This document shows, piece after piece, positions 37,899-46,398 of a stretch of 64,000 nt of DNA (the stretch's first letter is position 1; the number at the start of each line of letters is the position of its first letter). The notes under the pieces are model-generated. The model had not been told where the DNA came from. It did no database searches and saw only the letters and a program-made list of their open reading frames with translations. A program made the position numbers and the translations under genes. The stretch is from a virus (lineage: Duplodnaviria > Caudoviricetes), in the IMG/VR virus record IMGVR_UViG_3300025640_001000. One strand, written 5' to 3'.

Positions 37899-38990
37899 AT
37901 GAGAATTGGTGTACCGAAAGAAATTAAAAAACACGAATATCGTGTGGGTCTTACACCCAGTGCAGTTAGCAAGTATGTTGCAGAAGGGCATCAACTTTTT
38001 GTGGAATCAAGTGCCGGACTAGGAACAGGATTCACAGACGATGATTATATTCAAGCAGGTGCTAGTATTTGTAATGTTAAAGATACATTCGGCAACGCAG
38101 ATATGATTATCAAAGTAAAAGAACCACAAATTTCAGAGTTACCAAATTTCCGCCGAGACCAAATACTTTTTACTTATCTGCATTTAGCTGCTGACAAAAA
38201 ATTAACCGAAGAACTGATAAACATTGGATTAACTTCAATTGCATACGAAACAATTCAGTTGCCAAATCATAGTCATCCTTGTCTTACTCCAATGAGTGAG
38301 ATTGCAGGTCGTTTAAGTGTCCAAGAAGGTGCTAAATACTTGGAAACACCCTTCGGAGGAGCAGGTATCCTTCTTGGTGGTATACCCGGTGTTAAACGAG
38401 GCAAGGTGGTCATTTTAGGAGGAGGTGTTGTTGGATTCAATGCAGCTAAAATTGCACAAGGAATTGGAGCATACACAAGTATACTTGATATATCACAAGA
38501 ACGACTTGCATATCTCGATGATGTATTTGGTTCGTCAGTTCAAACGTTGTTCAGTAACGATGCAAACATTGAATCGGAAATAGCAGATGCAGACGTTGTA
38601 ATCGGAAGTGTTTATGTTCACGGAGCATCTGCACCAAAACTAATTCGCAAGCATCATTTAAAAAGCATGAAGAAAGGTGCGGTGTTGGTTGACGTGGCAA
38701 TTGATCAAGGTGGATGCTTTGAAACAAGCAAAGCAACAACACACGATAAACCCATTTATGATGTTGATGGAATTGTTCATTACTGCGTAGCAAATATGCC
38801 AGGTGTAGTTCCACAAACAAGCACGGTTGCATTAAACAACCAAACACTTCGTTATGGTCTTGAAATTGCAAGTGGGATTTCACCCGACAAATACAATGAT
38901 GCTTTGAAATTGGGTGTTAATACACACGATGGTAAATTAATTTGCGAAGCAGTTGCGAATACGCACAATCTTCCTTTTTCTGCAATTTAA
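37899..38990 (+). CDS. ald: Alanine dehydrogenase
   Basis: IGVPKEIK..EYRV, KVKEP, FTYLHLA, PMSEIAGR, GGGVVG, DVAIDQGGC, YCVANMPG. Confidence 0.96.
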   Translation: MRIGVPKEIKKHEYRVGLTPSAVSKYVAEGHQLFVESSAGLGTGFTDDDYIQAGASICNVKDTFGNADMIIKVKEPQISELPNFRRDQILFTYLHLAADKKLTEELINIGLTSIAYETIQLPNHSHPCLTPMSEIAGRLSVQEGAKYLETPFGGAGILLGGIPGVKRGKVVILGGGVVGFNAAKIAQGIGAYTSILDISQERLAYLDDVFGSSVQTLFSNDANIESEIADADVVIGSVYVHGASAPKLIRKHHLKSMKKGAVLVDVAIDQGGCFETSKATTHDKPIYDVDGIVHYCVANMPGVVPQTSTVALNNQTLRYGLEIASGISPDKYNDALKLGVNTHDGKLICEAVANTHNLPFSAI

Positions 38991-39006
38991 GTTTTTATAA
39001 AAACTC
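38988..39006 (+). repeat. 19-nt direct repeat, copy 2
   Basis: TAAGTTTTTATAAAAACTC, begins at the ald stop codon. Confidence 0.85.
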
Positions 39007-39061
39007 TCCCTTCTCCATATTTATAGTTGGAGATTTTGTGATTTATTGTAAGGGAGAGTTG

Positions 39062-39295
39062 ATGATGGAATATGAAGTAATTGATACTTTTGGTAATCGA
39101 GTTATTGGTGTATACGAAACGAGGGATGCCGCGATATATGCAATTAGATTGTATTGTGTACAAAAGATGATGAACAAGGTGAGTTTGTTTGACCAAGACT
39201 TTGTGAATCTTGTTGAAAACGGAACTGAGATAACATATGAAAACCCACTTGGTTATTTCCCCACAAAACCAAAGTTTTTATTAAACGAAGTATGA
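39062..39295 (+). CDS. Hypothetical protein
   Basis: GGGAG SD, ATGA overlap with next gene. Confidence 0.55.
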   Translation: MMEYEVIDTFGNRVIGVYETRDAAIYAIRLYCVQKMMNKVSLFDQDFVNLVENGTEITYENPLGYFPTKPKFLLNEV

Positions 39296-39855
39296 TAAGT
39301 CATACCCACAATTTTATTTTTATTCACATTCCCAAAACAGGAGGATCTTCAGTTGATGATGTATTGAAGAAGTATGTAAGGCGATGGGTTCTGCATGAAT
39401 ATGTATATCCAGATGCAGTACATAAAGCAGAAAAACGCAACGGATTCAAAAACTATTTTTCGTTTTGCTTTGTTAGAAATCCGTGGGATAAAATAGTTTC
39501 TCAGTATCATTTTAATCGGGATAAGTTCGGCATGACGGATTATACGTTTGACGAATATGTTCATGCGTTCAATGAAGGCAAAAGAATTTCTTGGTTTAAT
39601 CCGGACTTTTTGTCATGGATGACTGACGATGACGGTAATATGCTTATGGACTTTGTAGGAAGGTTTGAAAAATTGCAGGAAGATTTTGATTATGTATGTG
39701 ACCAAATTAAAATTCCAAAACAAGAACTTCCACATCACGTTAAAACTGAAAACAGAACACATTATACAGAATACTATAACGAAGAAACAAAGCAAATAAT
39801 TGCGGAAAAATACATGAACGACATCGAGTATTTCGGGTATGAATTTGGAATCTGA
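39292..39855 (+). CDS. Sulfotransferase (Sulfotransfer_2 family)
   Basis: HIPKTGGSS; FVRNPWDKIVS; FGYEFGI end. Confidence 0.9.
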   Translation: MISHTHNFIFIHIPKTGGSSVDDVLKKYVRRWVLHEYVYPDAVHKAEKRNGFKNYFSFCFVRNPWDKIVSQYHFNRDKFGMTDYTFDEYVHAFNEGKRISWFNPDFLSWMTDDDGNMLMDFVGRFEKLQEDFDYVCDQIKIPKQELPHHVKTENRTHYTEYYNEETKQIIAEKYMNDIEYFGYEFGI

Positions 39856-39856
39856 T

Positions 39857-40744
39857 ATGATCACTCATAGTATGGCATATACATTGCACACATTTGGGTC
39901 ATTTCATAAGATATATTTCTCGGTTTGGTTTGCAGATGATGATACCGATTTACCAATGCATATCAAAACTATATTAAAATGGAATGCCAAGTGCTTGATA
40001 AAATTTAACATTCCTCTTGTAGTTTTATATACAGGAACAAAAGTTGGAAATACATTAAACAAACTACATAAAAATGTTTTGAGTATCAATGCTACATCTT
40101 ATATGAAAAATGAGTTGTCGGTTGCATTAACAAACACTTACACAAACGAACGAACTACTCCAGACGAATTTGAGATAATGTGCTATCAACGATTTATAGT
40201 TGCATCTCACATATTTAAAAAAACAAACACTCAATTAACTCATCTTGATTGTGACTTTATGATCACACGTGATTTGTTGCATGAGGTAGAATCAACATCA
40301 ATGAGTTGTGATATTAAATCATTCGGCACAGGATGTACTCCGTGTGTTTGGTTCAATGGAGTTCAGCAACTTGAAAACTTTTGCAATTACTTTTCAGAAA
40401 GTCCACAAAAATGTGACATGATTGCTTTGCAAAAATACATTGAAGAAATTCCTGTGCATTTTGAAAAAATTTTGTTGCATGAGCAGTTTCGTAAGTATTT
40501 AAAAAATAACGCATTTCCATCTTATTCAATTCGTGCTAAAATCGGAAAAATATGTAAATTATACAACATTGACATTCCTTCGGATAAAACAGACAAACAT
40601 TTTTTAAAACAGATATCAAATTTTTTTGAGTTTGATAAGTTTTCTATTCGGATGAATGAAGAGAGTGTTCCATTTATTCACTTTCAGGGTTGGTCACGTG
40701 GACTTGCAAAATATATTTTTAAACATTCTCCGTTGACATTGTAA
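39857..40744 (+). CDS. Putative glycosyltransferase
   Basis: CYQRF, HLDCD (DxD), CDM, IHFQG. Confidence 0.55.
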   Translation: MITHSMAYTLHTFGSFHKIYFSVWFADDDTDLPMHIKTILKWNAKCLIKFNIPLVVLYTGTKVGNTLNKLHKNVLSINATSYMKNELSVALTNTYTNERTTPDEFEIMCYQRFIVASHIFKKTNTQLTHLDCDFMITRDLLHEVESTSMSCDIKSFGTGCTPCVWFNGVQQLENFCNYFSESPQKCDMIALQKYIEEIPVHFEKILLHEQFRKYLKNNAFPSYSIRAKIGKICKLYNIDIPSDKTDKHFLKQISNFFEFDKFSIRMNEESVPFIHFQGWSRGLAKYIFKHSPLTL

Positions 40745-40761
40745 GTTTTGTTGGGTAATAT
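40733..40761 (+). promoter_or_regulatory. Sigma70-type promoter
   Basis: TTGACA-N17-TAATAT. Confidence 0.65.
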
Positions 40762-40773
40762 AATGTTTGTTAT

Positions 40774-41274
40774 ATGCCTAAAACCAAAAAAACTAAACCA
40801 AAGAAAAAACCTTCAAACAATTTAGGTCCTAAGAAAAAGACTTTGTTTGATCACATCAATCACATTCGTGAGAAAAAGAATGAAAGATATTTTGACACAC
40901 TCACCGATGAAGATAAAAAGACATTTGTAAATTACATGGTAAATCGTTTTTTGTCAATGGATATGAATCTCGTTGAAGTAATTGATGAGTTACAAAAACA
41001 CGCAGTTGGATTGAAACCCAAAGATTATTATCGTGTTCTTCGTGAAGTTGTTCCGAACGGCCGTGCTTTTCACAAGTATATTAAATCTGCAAAAGAAGAA
41101 AAAAACAATTCGGATTTGGTTTCATTGATTTCAGAGCATTATGAAGTTAGTAAAGCTAATGCCGATGAGTATATTGATTTGTTCAAGTCATCTGAAGACG
41201 GAACAAATGAACTTGAAGAGTTGCTCATTAAGTATGGCAAAGAACCCAAAGAAATTAAAAAGTTATGTTCGTAG
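40774..41274 (+). CDS. DNA polymerase clamp loader small subunit (T4 gp62-like)
   Basis: LFDHINHI...FVNYMVNRFLS...HYEVS pattern. Confidence 0.75.
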   Translation: MPKTKKTKPKKKPSNNLGPKKKTLFDHINHIREKKNERYFDTLTDEDKKTFVNYMVNRFLSMDMNLVEVIDELQKHAVGLKPKDYYRVLREVVPNGRAFHKYIKSAKEEKNNSDLVSLISEHYEVSKANADEYIDLFKSSEDGTNELEELLIKYGKEPKEIKKLCS

Positions 41275-41891
41275 TAGGAGTAAGTGGAGTTGCCCGTAGT
41301 GGCAAGAATTTGTTTTGTGATTTGATCATTGAAGAATTAGCAAAACAAGGTTATACAGCAAAGCAGTTTGCGTTGGCAAATGCTCTTAAACGAGATTGTG
41401 AAAACTTTCTGAAAACACAATGCAATCTTGATGTTTATACAGACAACACACAACAAAAAACATTGTTTCGTGAGTTTCTTGTGTGGTACGGAGATTTGCG
41501 AAGAAAGCAAACCAACGGCCGTCATTGGATTGAAACAATGGACGATACAATATCACGATATACAGGAGATGTTGCGTTGGTTAGTGATGTACGATATGCA
41601 CATTATACTAACGATGAACTTACTTGGGTTACACACGAACATGAAGGATTGCTTGTGCATCTTCGTAGATATGAACGTTCTTCAACTGCGGTTATTGATG
41701 CCAATGGCAATGTACAAATGAATTACGTTAAACCACCAAACGAACACGAACGAATCAATGATCCTAAATTAAGAGAAGGATCACACTTTCAACTCAATTG
41801 GCCAACCGTAGAAGACCCACGAAAAAGTTTGGAAATTATGAATATGGTCAATGAAGTAACAACAGAAATAATAGAATTGGTAAACAAGTAA
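41265..41891 (+). CDS. Deoxynucleoside monophosphate kinase (T4 gp1-like)
   Basis: SGVARSGK P-loop, FALANALK, SDVRY. Confidence 0.8.
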   Translation: MFVVGVSGVARSGKNLFCDLIIEELAKQGYTAKQFALANALKRDCENFLKTQCNLDVYTDNTQQKTLFREFLVWYGDLRRKQTNGRHWIETMDDTISRYTGDVALVSDVRYAHYTNDELTWVTHEHEGLLVHLRRYERSSTAVIDANGNVQMNYVKPPNEHERINDPKLREGSHFQLNWPTVEDPRKSLEIMNMVNEVTTEIIELVNK

Positions 41892-42434
41892 ATGGGAACA
41901 ACTAAAAGTAAACGAAGAGTTAAAATTGTAGAAAGCATTGCATCTGCAATTTCAAGTAAAAAGATTTTTGATACAATTGATTATCGTAATCGCAACGAAG
42001 ATTACATCAAGCAGTATATGCACCAACCACTCATAAGTGAGCTAGAAGAGTTGTATGAAAATTTAGAATTAAGCAAGTCTATGGACAAAGACCTTGTTAA
42101 GCAAAAAGCAAAAAATTGTTTGTTGTGGGAAGGTGATGTTAATACCACAGTAAACAACTTTACATTCTTTGGAACTCAGCATCGTCCTGATTTTGTTGTT
42201 AAGATTGATAAGTTGAGTGTCGCAGTTGAAGTCAAGAAGGGTGAAACTGGAAGTTCATTACGTGAAGGTATTGGACAAAGTTTAGTTTATTCAAGTTCGT
42301 TTGATTTTGTGGTTTATTTGTATGTGGATATTTCCAAAGATAAAAAGATTCGTGATAGTATGAATGGTGTAAAAGAACAAGAACTTATCAACGACCTTTG
42401 GGATAGTCACAACGCACTATTTCAAGTAGTGTAA
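41892..42434 (+). CDS. PD-(D/E)XK nuclease-like protein
   Basis: RPDF...AVEVK...GIGQSLVY. Confidence 0.7.
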   Translation: MGTTKSKRRVKIVESIASAISSKKIFDTIDYRNRNEDYIKQYMHQPLISELEELYENLELSKSMDKDLVKQKAKNCLLWEGDVNTTVNNFTFFGTQHRPDFVVKIDKLSVAVEVKKGETGSSLREGIGQSLVYSSSFDFVVYLYVDISKDKKIRDSMNGVKEQELINDLWDSHNALFQVV

Positions 42435-42967
42435 TGAATTTACTCGCAGAAACACGGTGTACTGTCATCGGTCATATGCAGTATGCGAATGGTCGTGATA
42501 TTCGTGAAAACATCAATCAGCAACTTAAAAAGATGAACATCAAGTTGTTTGATCATTACAAGCAACCTTTTTTGATGGACGTTAATGAAGATGAAGAAAC
42601 ACATGATGAACTTAGACTGGCATTAAAAAATAGTGACTATGAAAAAGTTGAAGCATACAAAGAAATTCGTAGTTACGATCTCAGTTTAATTGATAGAAGT
42701 GACTTTGTGATATTCGTTTACGATCCAGAAGTGGTAACTTGTGGAAGTTGGGAAGAATTTTTTACTGCAAACCGTATGAAGAAACCCGTCTTCTTTGTTA
42801 ATGTTAGAGGAAAGAATAAAACACCAATGTGGGTGTTTTGGACAATGCCACACAAATACATTTACAATTCAGTTGACGAAGTTGTAGAAAAACTGCAAAA
42901 CATTGATCAAGGTAAAATCCCTATTGATAGTGAACGGTGGAAATTGTTGCGTAATTGTTTTCGTTAA
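42434..42967 (+). CDS. Nucleoside 2-deoxyribosyltransferase-like protein
   Basis: IGHMQY, DLSLIDRSD, GSWEE, KPV. Confidence 0.7.
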   Translation: MNLLAETRCTVIGHMQYANGRDIRENINQQLKKMNIKLFDHYKQPFLMDVNEDEETHDELRLALKNSDYEKVEAYKEIRSYDLSLIDRSDFVIFVYDPEVVTCGSWEEFFTANRMKKPVFFVNVRGKNKTPMWVFWTMPHKYIYNSVDEVVEKLQNIDQGKIPIDSERWKLLRNCFR

Positions 42968-42974
42968 AAAACAC

Positions 42975-43012
42975 TTGACAAACTATAATAAATGTTATAA
43001 TATAATATTTAT
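42975..43012 (+). promoter_or_regulatory. Sigma70-type promoter plus TATTTAT motif
   Basis: TTGACA-N17-TAATAT; TATTTAT 43006. Confidence 0.65.
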
Positions 43013-43018
43013 ATAAAG

Positions 43019-43567
43019 ATGAAGAAAAGTAAAAACAATCTATGGCGCACCAAAACATATTTGGTTGGGCATATGCAGTATAAAAGTGGTCGTGATTGGA
43101 GAGGGTATGTAACCGAGGAATTGAATCCTATGGGTGTTACCGTTTTTGATCCATACCACAAACCATTCGTAGAAGACGTAGACGAAGATGAACCAGCAAG
43201 AGTAGAAATGCTTCAAATGATGGAAGATGGAAAATATGATGAACTTACTCGTAGAATGAAGAAAGTTCGTAATTATGATCTGAACCTCGTTGACAGAAGT
43301 GATTTCATTATTGCGAATCTTCAACCTGAAATTGCAAGTTGGGGTTCTGCTGAAGAAATCGTAACTGCGGTTCGTGAGCAAAAACCTGTGTTCGTTGCAA
43401 TTGAAGGTGGCAAAGTCAAAACTCCATTGTGGATGCTTGCGATGTTTCCACACAAATACATTTACAATAGTATTGAAGAAGTTGTAGACATTATCAAGGA
43501 CATTGACTCGGGTAAAAAACGTTTAGATAGTGGTAGATGGAAACTGCTGAAAAAAGAGTACCGGTAA
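43019..43567 (+). CDS. Nucleoside 2-deoxyribosyltransferase-like protein (paralog)
   Basis: TYLVGHMQY, WR, FDP, DLNLVDRSD, GSAEE, KPV. Confidence 0.75.
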   Translation: MKKSKNNLWRTKTYLVGHMQYKSGRDWRGYVTEELNPMGVTVFDPYHKPFVEDVDEDEPARVEMLQMMEDGKYDELTRRMKKVRNYDLNLVDRSDFIIANLQPEIASWGSAEEIVTAVREQKPVFVAIEGGKVKTPLWMLAMFPHKYIYNSIEEVVDIIKDIDSGKKRLDSGRWKLLKKEYR

Positions 43568-44052
43568 AGCAATTTTGCTTTGTATGTACAGGTAATCTGT
43601 ACCGAAGCAAGTATGCGGAGGCGTGCTTTAATTATTTGTGCATTAAAAACAATGTAACAAATCTCAGAGCATTTAGTCGTGGTCTTCGTGTACAACCAAC
43701 GGAACATTATGAACACGGAGAATCATTTACATTTCCAATTAGATTAGCAATTCCGACATACAAACGCATGGTTAAACGCAAAATACCATTTTGTTTGATT
43801 GGAGCAACTAATCAGATGCTTGATAATTACGATTGTGCAAGTAGTGATAAAATTATTTTAATGAATAAGAATGAGCATATGCCGTGGATGCAACAAAAGC
43901 ACTCTGAGTATCTTGATCGTGTTGAATGTCTTGAGATTGGTGATAAAAATTATCTTCCTGAAAATGGATACGATGGTCCTGCGTGGGAAATTGATGATGC
44001 TCTGAGTGCGATTGAAGTGTTCGTAGAAAATTTTTTTAAAGAACACATATAA
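43537..44052 (+). CDS. Low-molecular-weight protein phosphatase family
   Basis: CTGNLYRS (CX5R) loop, FSRG; start uncertain. Confidence 0.8.
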   Translation: METAEKRVPVKQFCFVCTGNLYRSKYAEACFNYLCIKNNVTNLRAFSRGLRVQPTEHYEHGESFTFPIRLAIPTYKRMVKRKIPFCLIGATNQMLDNYDCASSDKIILMNKNEHMPWMQQKHSEYLDRVECLEIGDKNYLPENGYDGPAWEIDDALSAIEVFVENFFKEHI

Positions 44053-44104
44053 AGTTATACAAATTCTTCTTGGATTTCATATTTATCTATGAAAGGAAGA
44101 CTGA

Positions 44105-44629
44105 ATGGACTATAAAAAAATACCAGTAGGCAAAGATTCTCCCCATACAGTAAATTGTGTAATTGAAATACCAAGAGATACCAATCAGAAGTATGAGTTT
44201 GATGACGAGATACAAGCATTTCGCTTAGATAGAATATTAAAGTCTGCTATGCGGTATCCTGCCAATTATGGTTTTATTCCATCAACATTAGGTGAAGACG
44301 GAGATCCAATTGATATGCTCACCTACAACTGGACACCAATGGCAATGGGTTGTGTGGTGCGATGTCATGTAGTTGGTGTTTTGGAAATGGAAGATGACGG
44401 TGAAATGGACTGGAAGGTTATTGGTCGTCCTGTGACATCTTACAAAAAAAGTATCGTTGATATACACAACATCAATGAATCATTTCTTGAAATGGCAACA
44501 AATTTCTTTCAACATTACAAAGACCTTGAAGGCAAACAAGTAAAAATTGGCAGTTGGTTACCAAAAGACAAAGCAGTAGAAATAATTCAACAAAGTATAC
44601 AAAGATATAACGACAATAAAAATATTTAA
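44105..44629 (+). CDS. ppa: Inorganic pyrophosphatase, family I
   Basis: EIP, KYE, LDR, YPANYGFIP, DGDPID, DWK, FFQHYKDLE. Confidence 0.95.
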   Translation: MDYKKIPVGKDSPHTVNCVIEIPRDTNQKYEFDDEIQAFRLDRILKSAMRYPANYGFIPSTLGEDGDPIDMLTYNWTPMAMGCVVRCHVVGVLEMEDDGEMDWKVIGRPVTSYKKSIVDIHNINESFLEMATNFFQHYKDLEGKQVKIGSWLPKDKAVEIIQQSIQRYNDNKNI

Positions 44630-44644
44630 TATATATTTATTGTT

Positions 44645-44950
44645 ATGAACATATCACCCGCATCTGGAAAACGAAGAGGTAGTAGTGGATTTATTCGTCC
44701 CGAGTTTTATGCTAAAGATAAAGCATACAAAGCAGATACCTGTGAAAAAACAACCGGATACACATTGGCAGAATATGAAGACAATGTAGAAAAAATGCTA
44801 ACAAGTGGAGATTATCGTTTATTTTACAAGCATTTTTATTATGCTGATGCAGACAAACAATTAAAATTTAGAACCGAGGGTGGTGATGATGATTACATCA
44901 TTGATAAACAAGATTTCCACAAAGATGAGGATTTAACAAAGGAATTGTAA
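44645..44950 (+). CDS. Hypothetical protein
   Basis: TATTTAT 4 nt upstream. Confidence 0.6.
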   Translation: MNISPASGKRRGSSGFIRPEFYAKDKAYKADTCEKTTGYTLAEYEDNVEKMLTSGDYRLFYKHFYYADADKQLKFRTEGGDDDYIIDKQDFHKDEDLTKEL

Positions 44951-44951
44951 T

Positions 44952-45380
44952 ATGAATGTATATGATGACGGCCGTGCCGAAGATAAAAATCCTGCATTCG
45001 GTGGTGTAATGATCAAGTGCAAAAACAAAGTTCTTTTGTGCAAACGAAGAGAAGATATTCCAGATACTGCATTACCAGATTATTGGAGTGTTCCGTGTGG
45101 ATATGTAGAAGAAGACGAAGAAATCAAAGCAGCTGCAATCCGAGAAACATTAGAAGAAACACAAATTGAATTGGATGTTGCATCGGTGAGATTTTTATCA
45201 GCATATCCTGCTCATGGTGGTCGTGGAGTATTTTACGATTACGTTTGCGAAATAGAAGAAGAAGCAGAACCTATTATAGATGAAGAGCATTCTGAGTGGG
45301 GATATTTTTCAAAAGATGAAATTCCAACTCCAATCACAGACGAAATGCGAAACGATGTATTGATTGCACTTGGAGAGTGA
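44952..45380 (+). CDS. NUDIX hydrolase
   Basis: GYVEEDEEIKAAAIRETLEETQI Nudix box. Confidence 0.9.
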   Translation: MNVYDDGRAEDKNPAFGGVMIKCKNKVLLCKRREDIPDTALPDYWSVPCGYVEEDEEIKAAAIRETLEETQIELDVASVRFLSAYPAHGGRGVFYDYVCEIEEEAEPIIDEEHSEWGYFSKDEIPTPITDEMRNDVLIALGE

Positions 45381-45381
45381 T

Positions 45382-45942
45382 GTGATTAGTTTGACGGATA
45401 TAGTTGCGGAAATAACCGACAAACAAACTTGGCAAATTTTATCCAATGTATTTCATACTATGCCCAAATATGTGTTTGATGATTTCATTATGTCTAAAGA
45501 CGGATTTTTTCAAAAAGAATTAAAACGAATATTGAAAGATGATCCAGATGCAGACGAAGATGATATCGCATTTGAATTTGAAGATTGGATTGATGTAAAG
45601 TGGAAACTAAAAGTGATTGAAGTAAGTCCATCAAACTTCACCAAGAAAAATTTACAGAATATGATTCAAAGAAAATTCGGAAATGCAAATCCAAGTAAAA
45701 TACCTGATGACGAAAAACGAACTGAGTATCAAAGAGACCTCGCAAAGAAATTAAAACCAGGAACAAACGAACCCGTGATTATATTATCCAATGGCAACGA
45801 GTTAAAGTTGCTTGAAGGGTGGCATCGTACTATGGCCATTTTAAGTTTAGGAAACAACGGAGAAAACAATCCAACCAAGTGGAACAAAATTAAAATAAAA
45901 GCATGGATTGGAACAGGTTCTACAGTCAAGAATGTGTGGTAG
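45382..45942 (+). CDS. ParB/Srx-like domain protein
   Basis: EPVII...LLEGWHR; GTG start after GGAG. Confidence 0.6.
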   Translation: MISLTDIVAEITDKQTWQILSNVFHTMPKYVFDDFIMSKDGFFQKELKRILKDDPDADEDDIAFEFEDWIDVKWKLKVIEVSPSNFTKKNLQNMIQRKFGNANPSKIPDDEKRTEYQRDLAKKLKPGTNEPVIILSNGNELKLLEGWHRTMAILSLGNNGENNPTKWNKIKIKAWIGTGSTVKNVW

Positions 45943-45948
45943 TGATCA

Positions 45949-46344
45949 ATGAAACTCAACGGCAAGAAATATCTTAAACAAGATTCTGTTACCAACACAC
46001 TTGAGGATATGATAATTTTACTGGAAATGGGAAGTTATTATGAAATTTCTGATGCAATCAGAAATATAAAACCAGATCACGCAGATAATGTAGCAAAAAA
46101 ACTTGCTCAATTTCAAGATATGTTTTTGGTTTATTTTGAAACAGAAACACATTGTAAACTTGATACTTTATTGGAGATGACAGACGAAAACAAGTACGAT
46201 CCACATAAAGAAAAAGTTAGTTTATTTTCGCAGGGTGCATATGGTGTGACTGTTCACGCAGATGCTGATTCGTGTGAAAGATATATTTTTAATGTTTGTC
46301 TGCAAGTATTTGCAAGCAAATTAAAAAAAATAAATAAAGACTGA
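45949..46344 (+). CDS. Hypothetical protein
   Basis: 131-aa ORF in operon. Confidence 0.55.
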   Translation: MKLNGKKYLKQDSVTNTLEDMIILLEMGSYYEISDAIRNIKPDHADNVAKKLAQFQDMFLVYFETETHCKLDTLLEMTDENKYDPHKEKVSLFSQGAYGVTVHADADSCERYIFNVCLQVFASKLKKINKD

Positions 46345-46398
46345 GATATACAAACATCTTAACTAAATACTAATGTTGGGTATATTTATTTATAAAAA

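Noticed and set aside
33795-39855. Diversity-generating retroelement (TR/VR) explanation for the similar sulfotransferase tails
   Set aside because: No reverse transcriptase in the window, the long copies are all coding, and differences are not confined to adenines
41892-42434. Restriction-modification pair with the C5 methyltransferase
   Set aside because: 33 kb apart with nothing linking them
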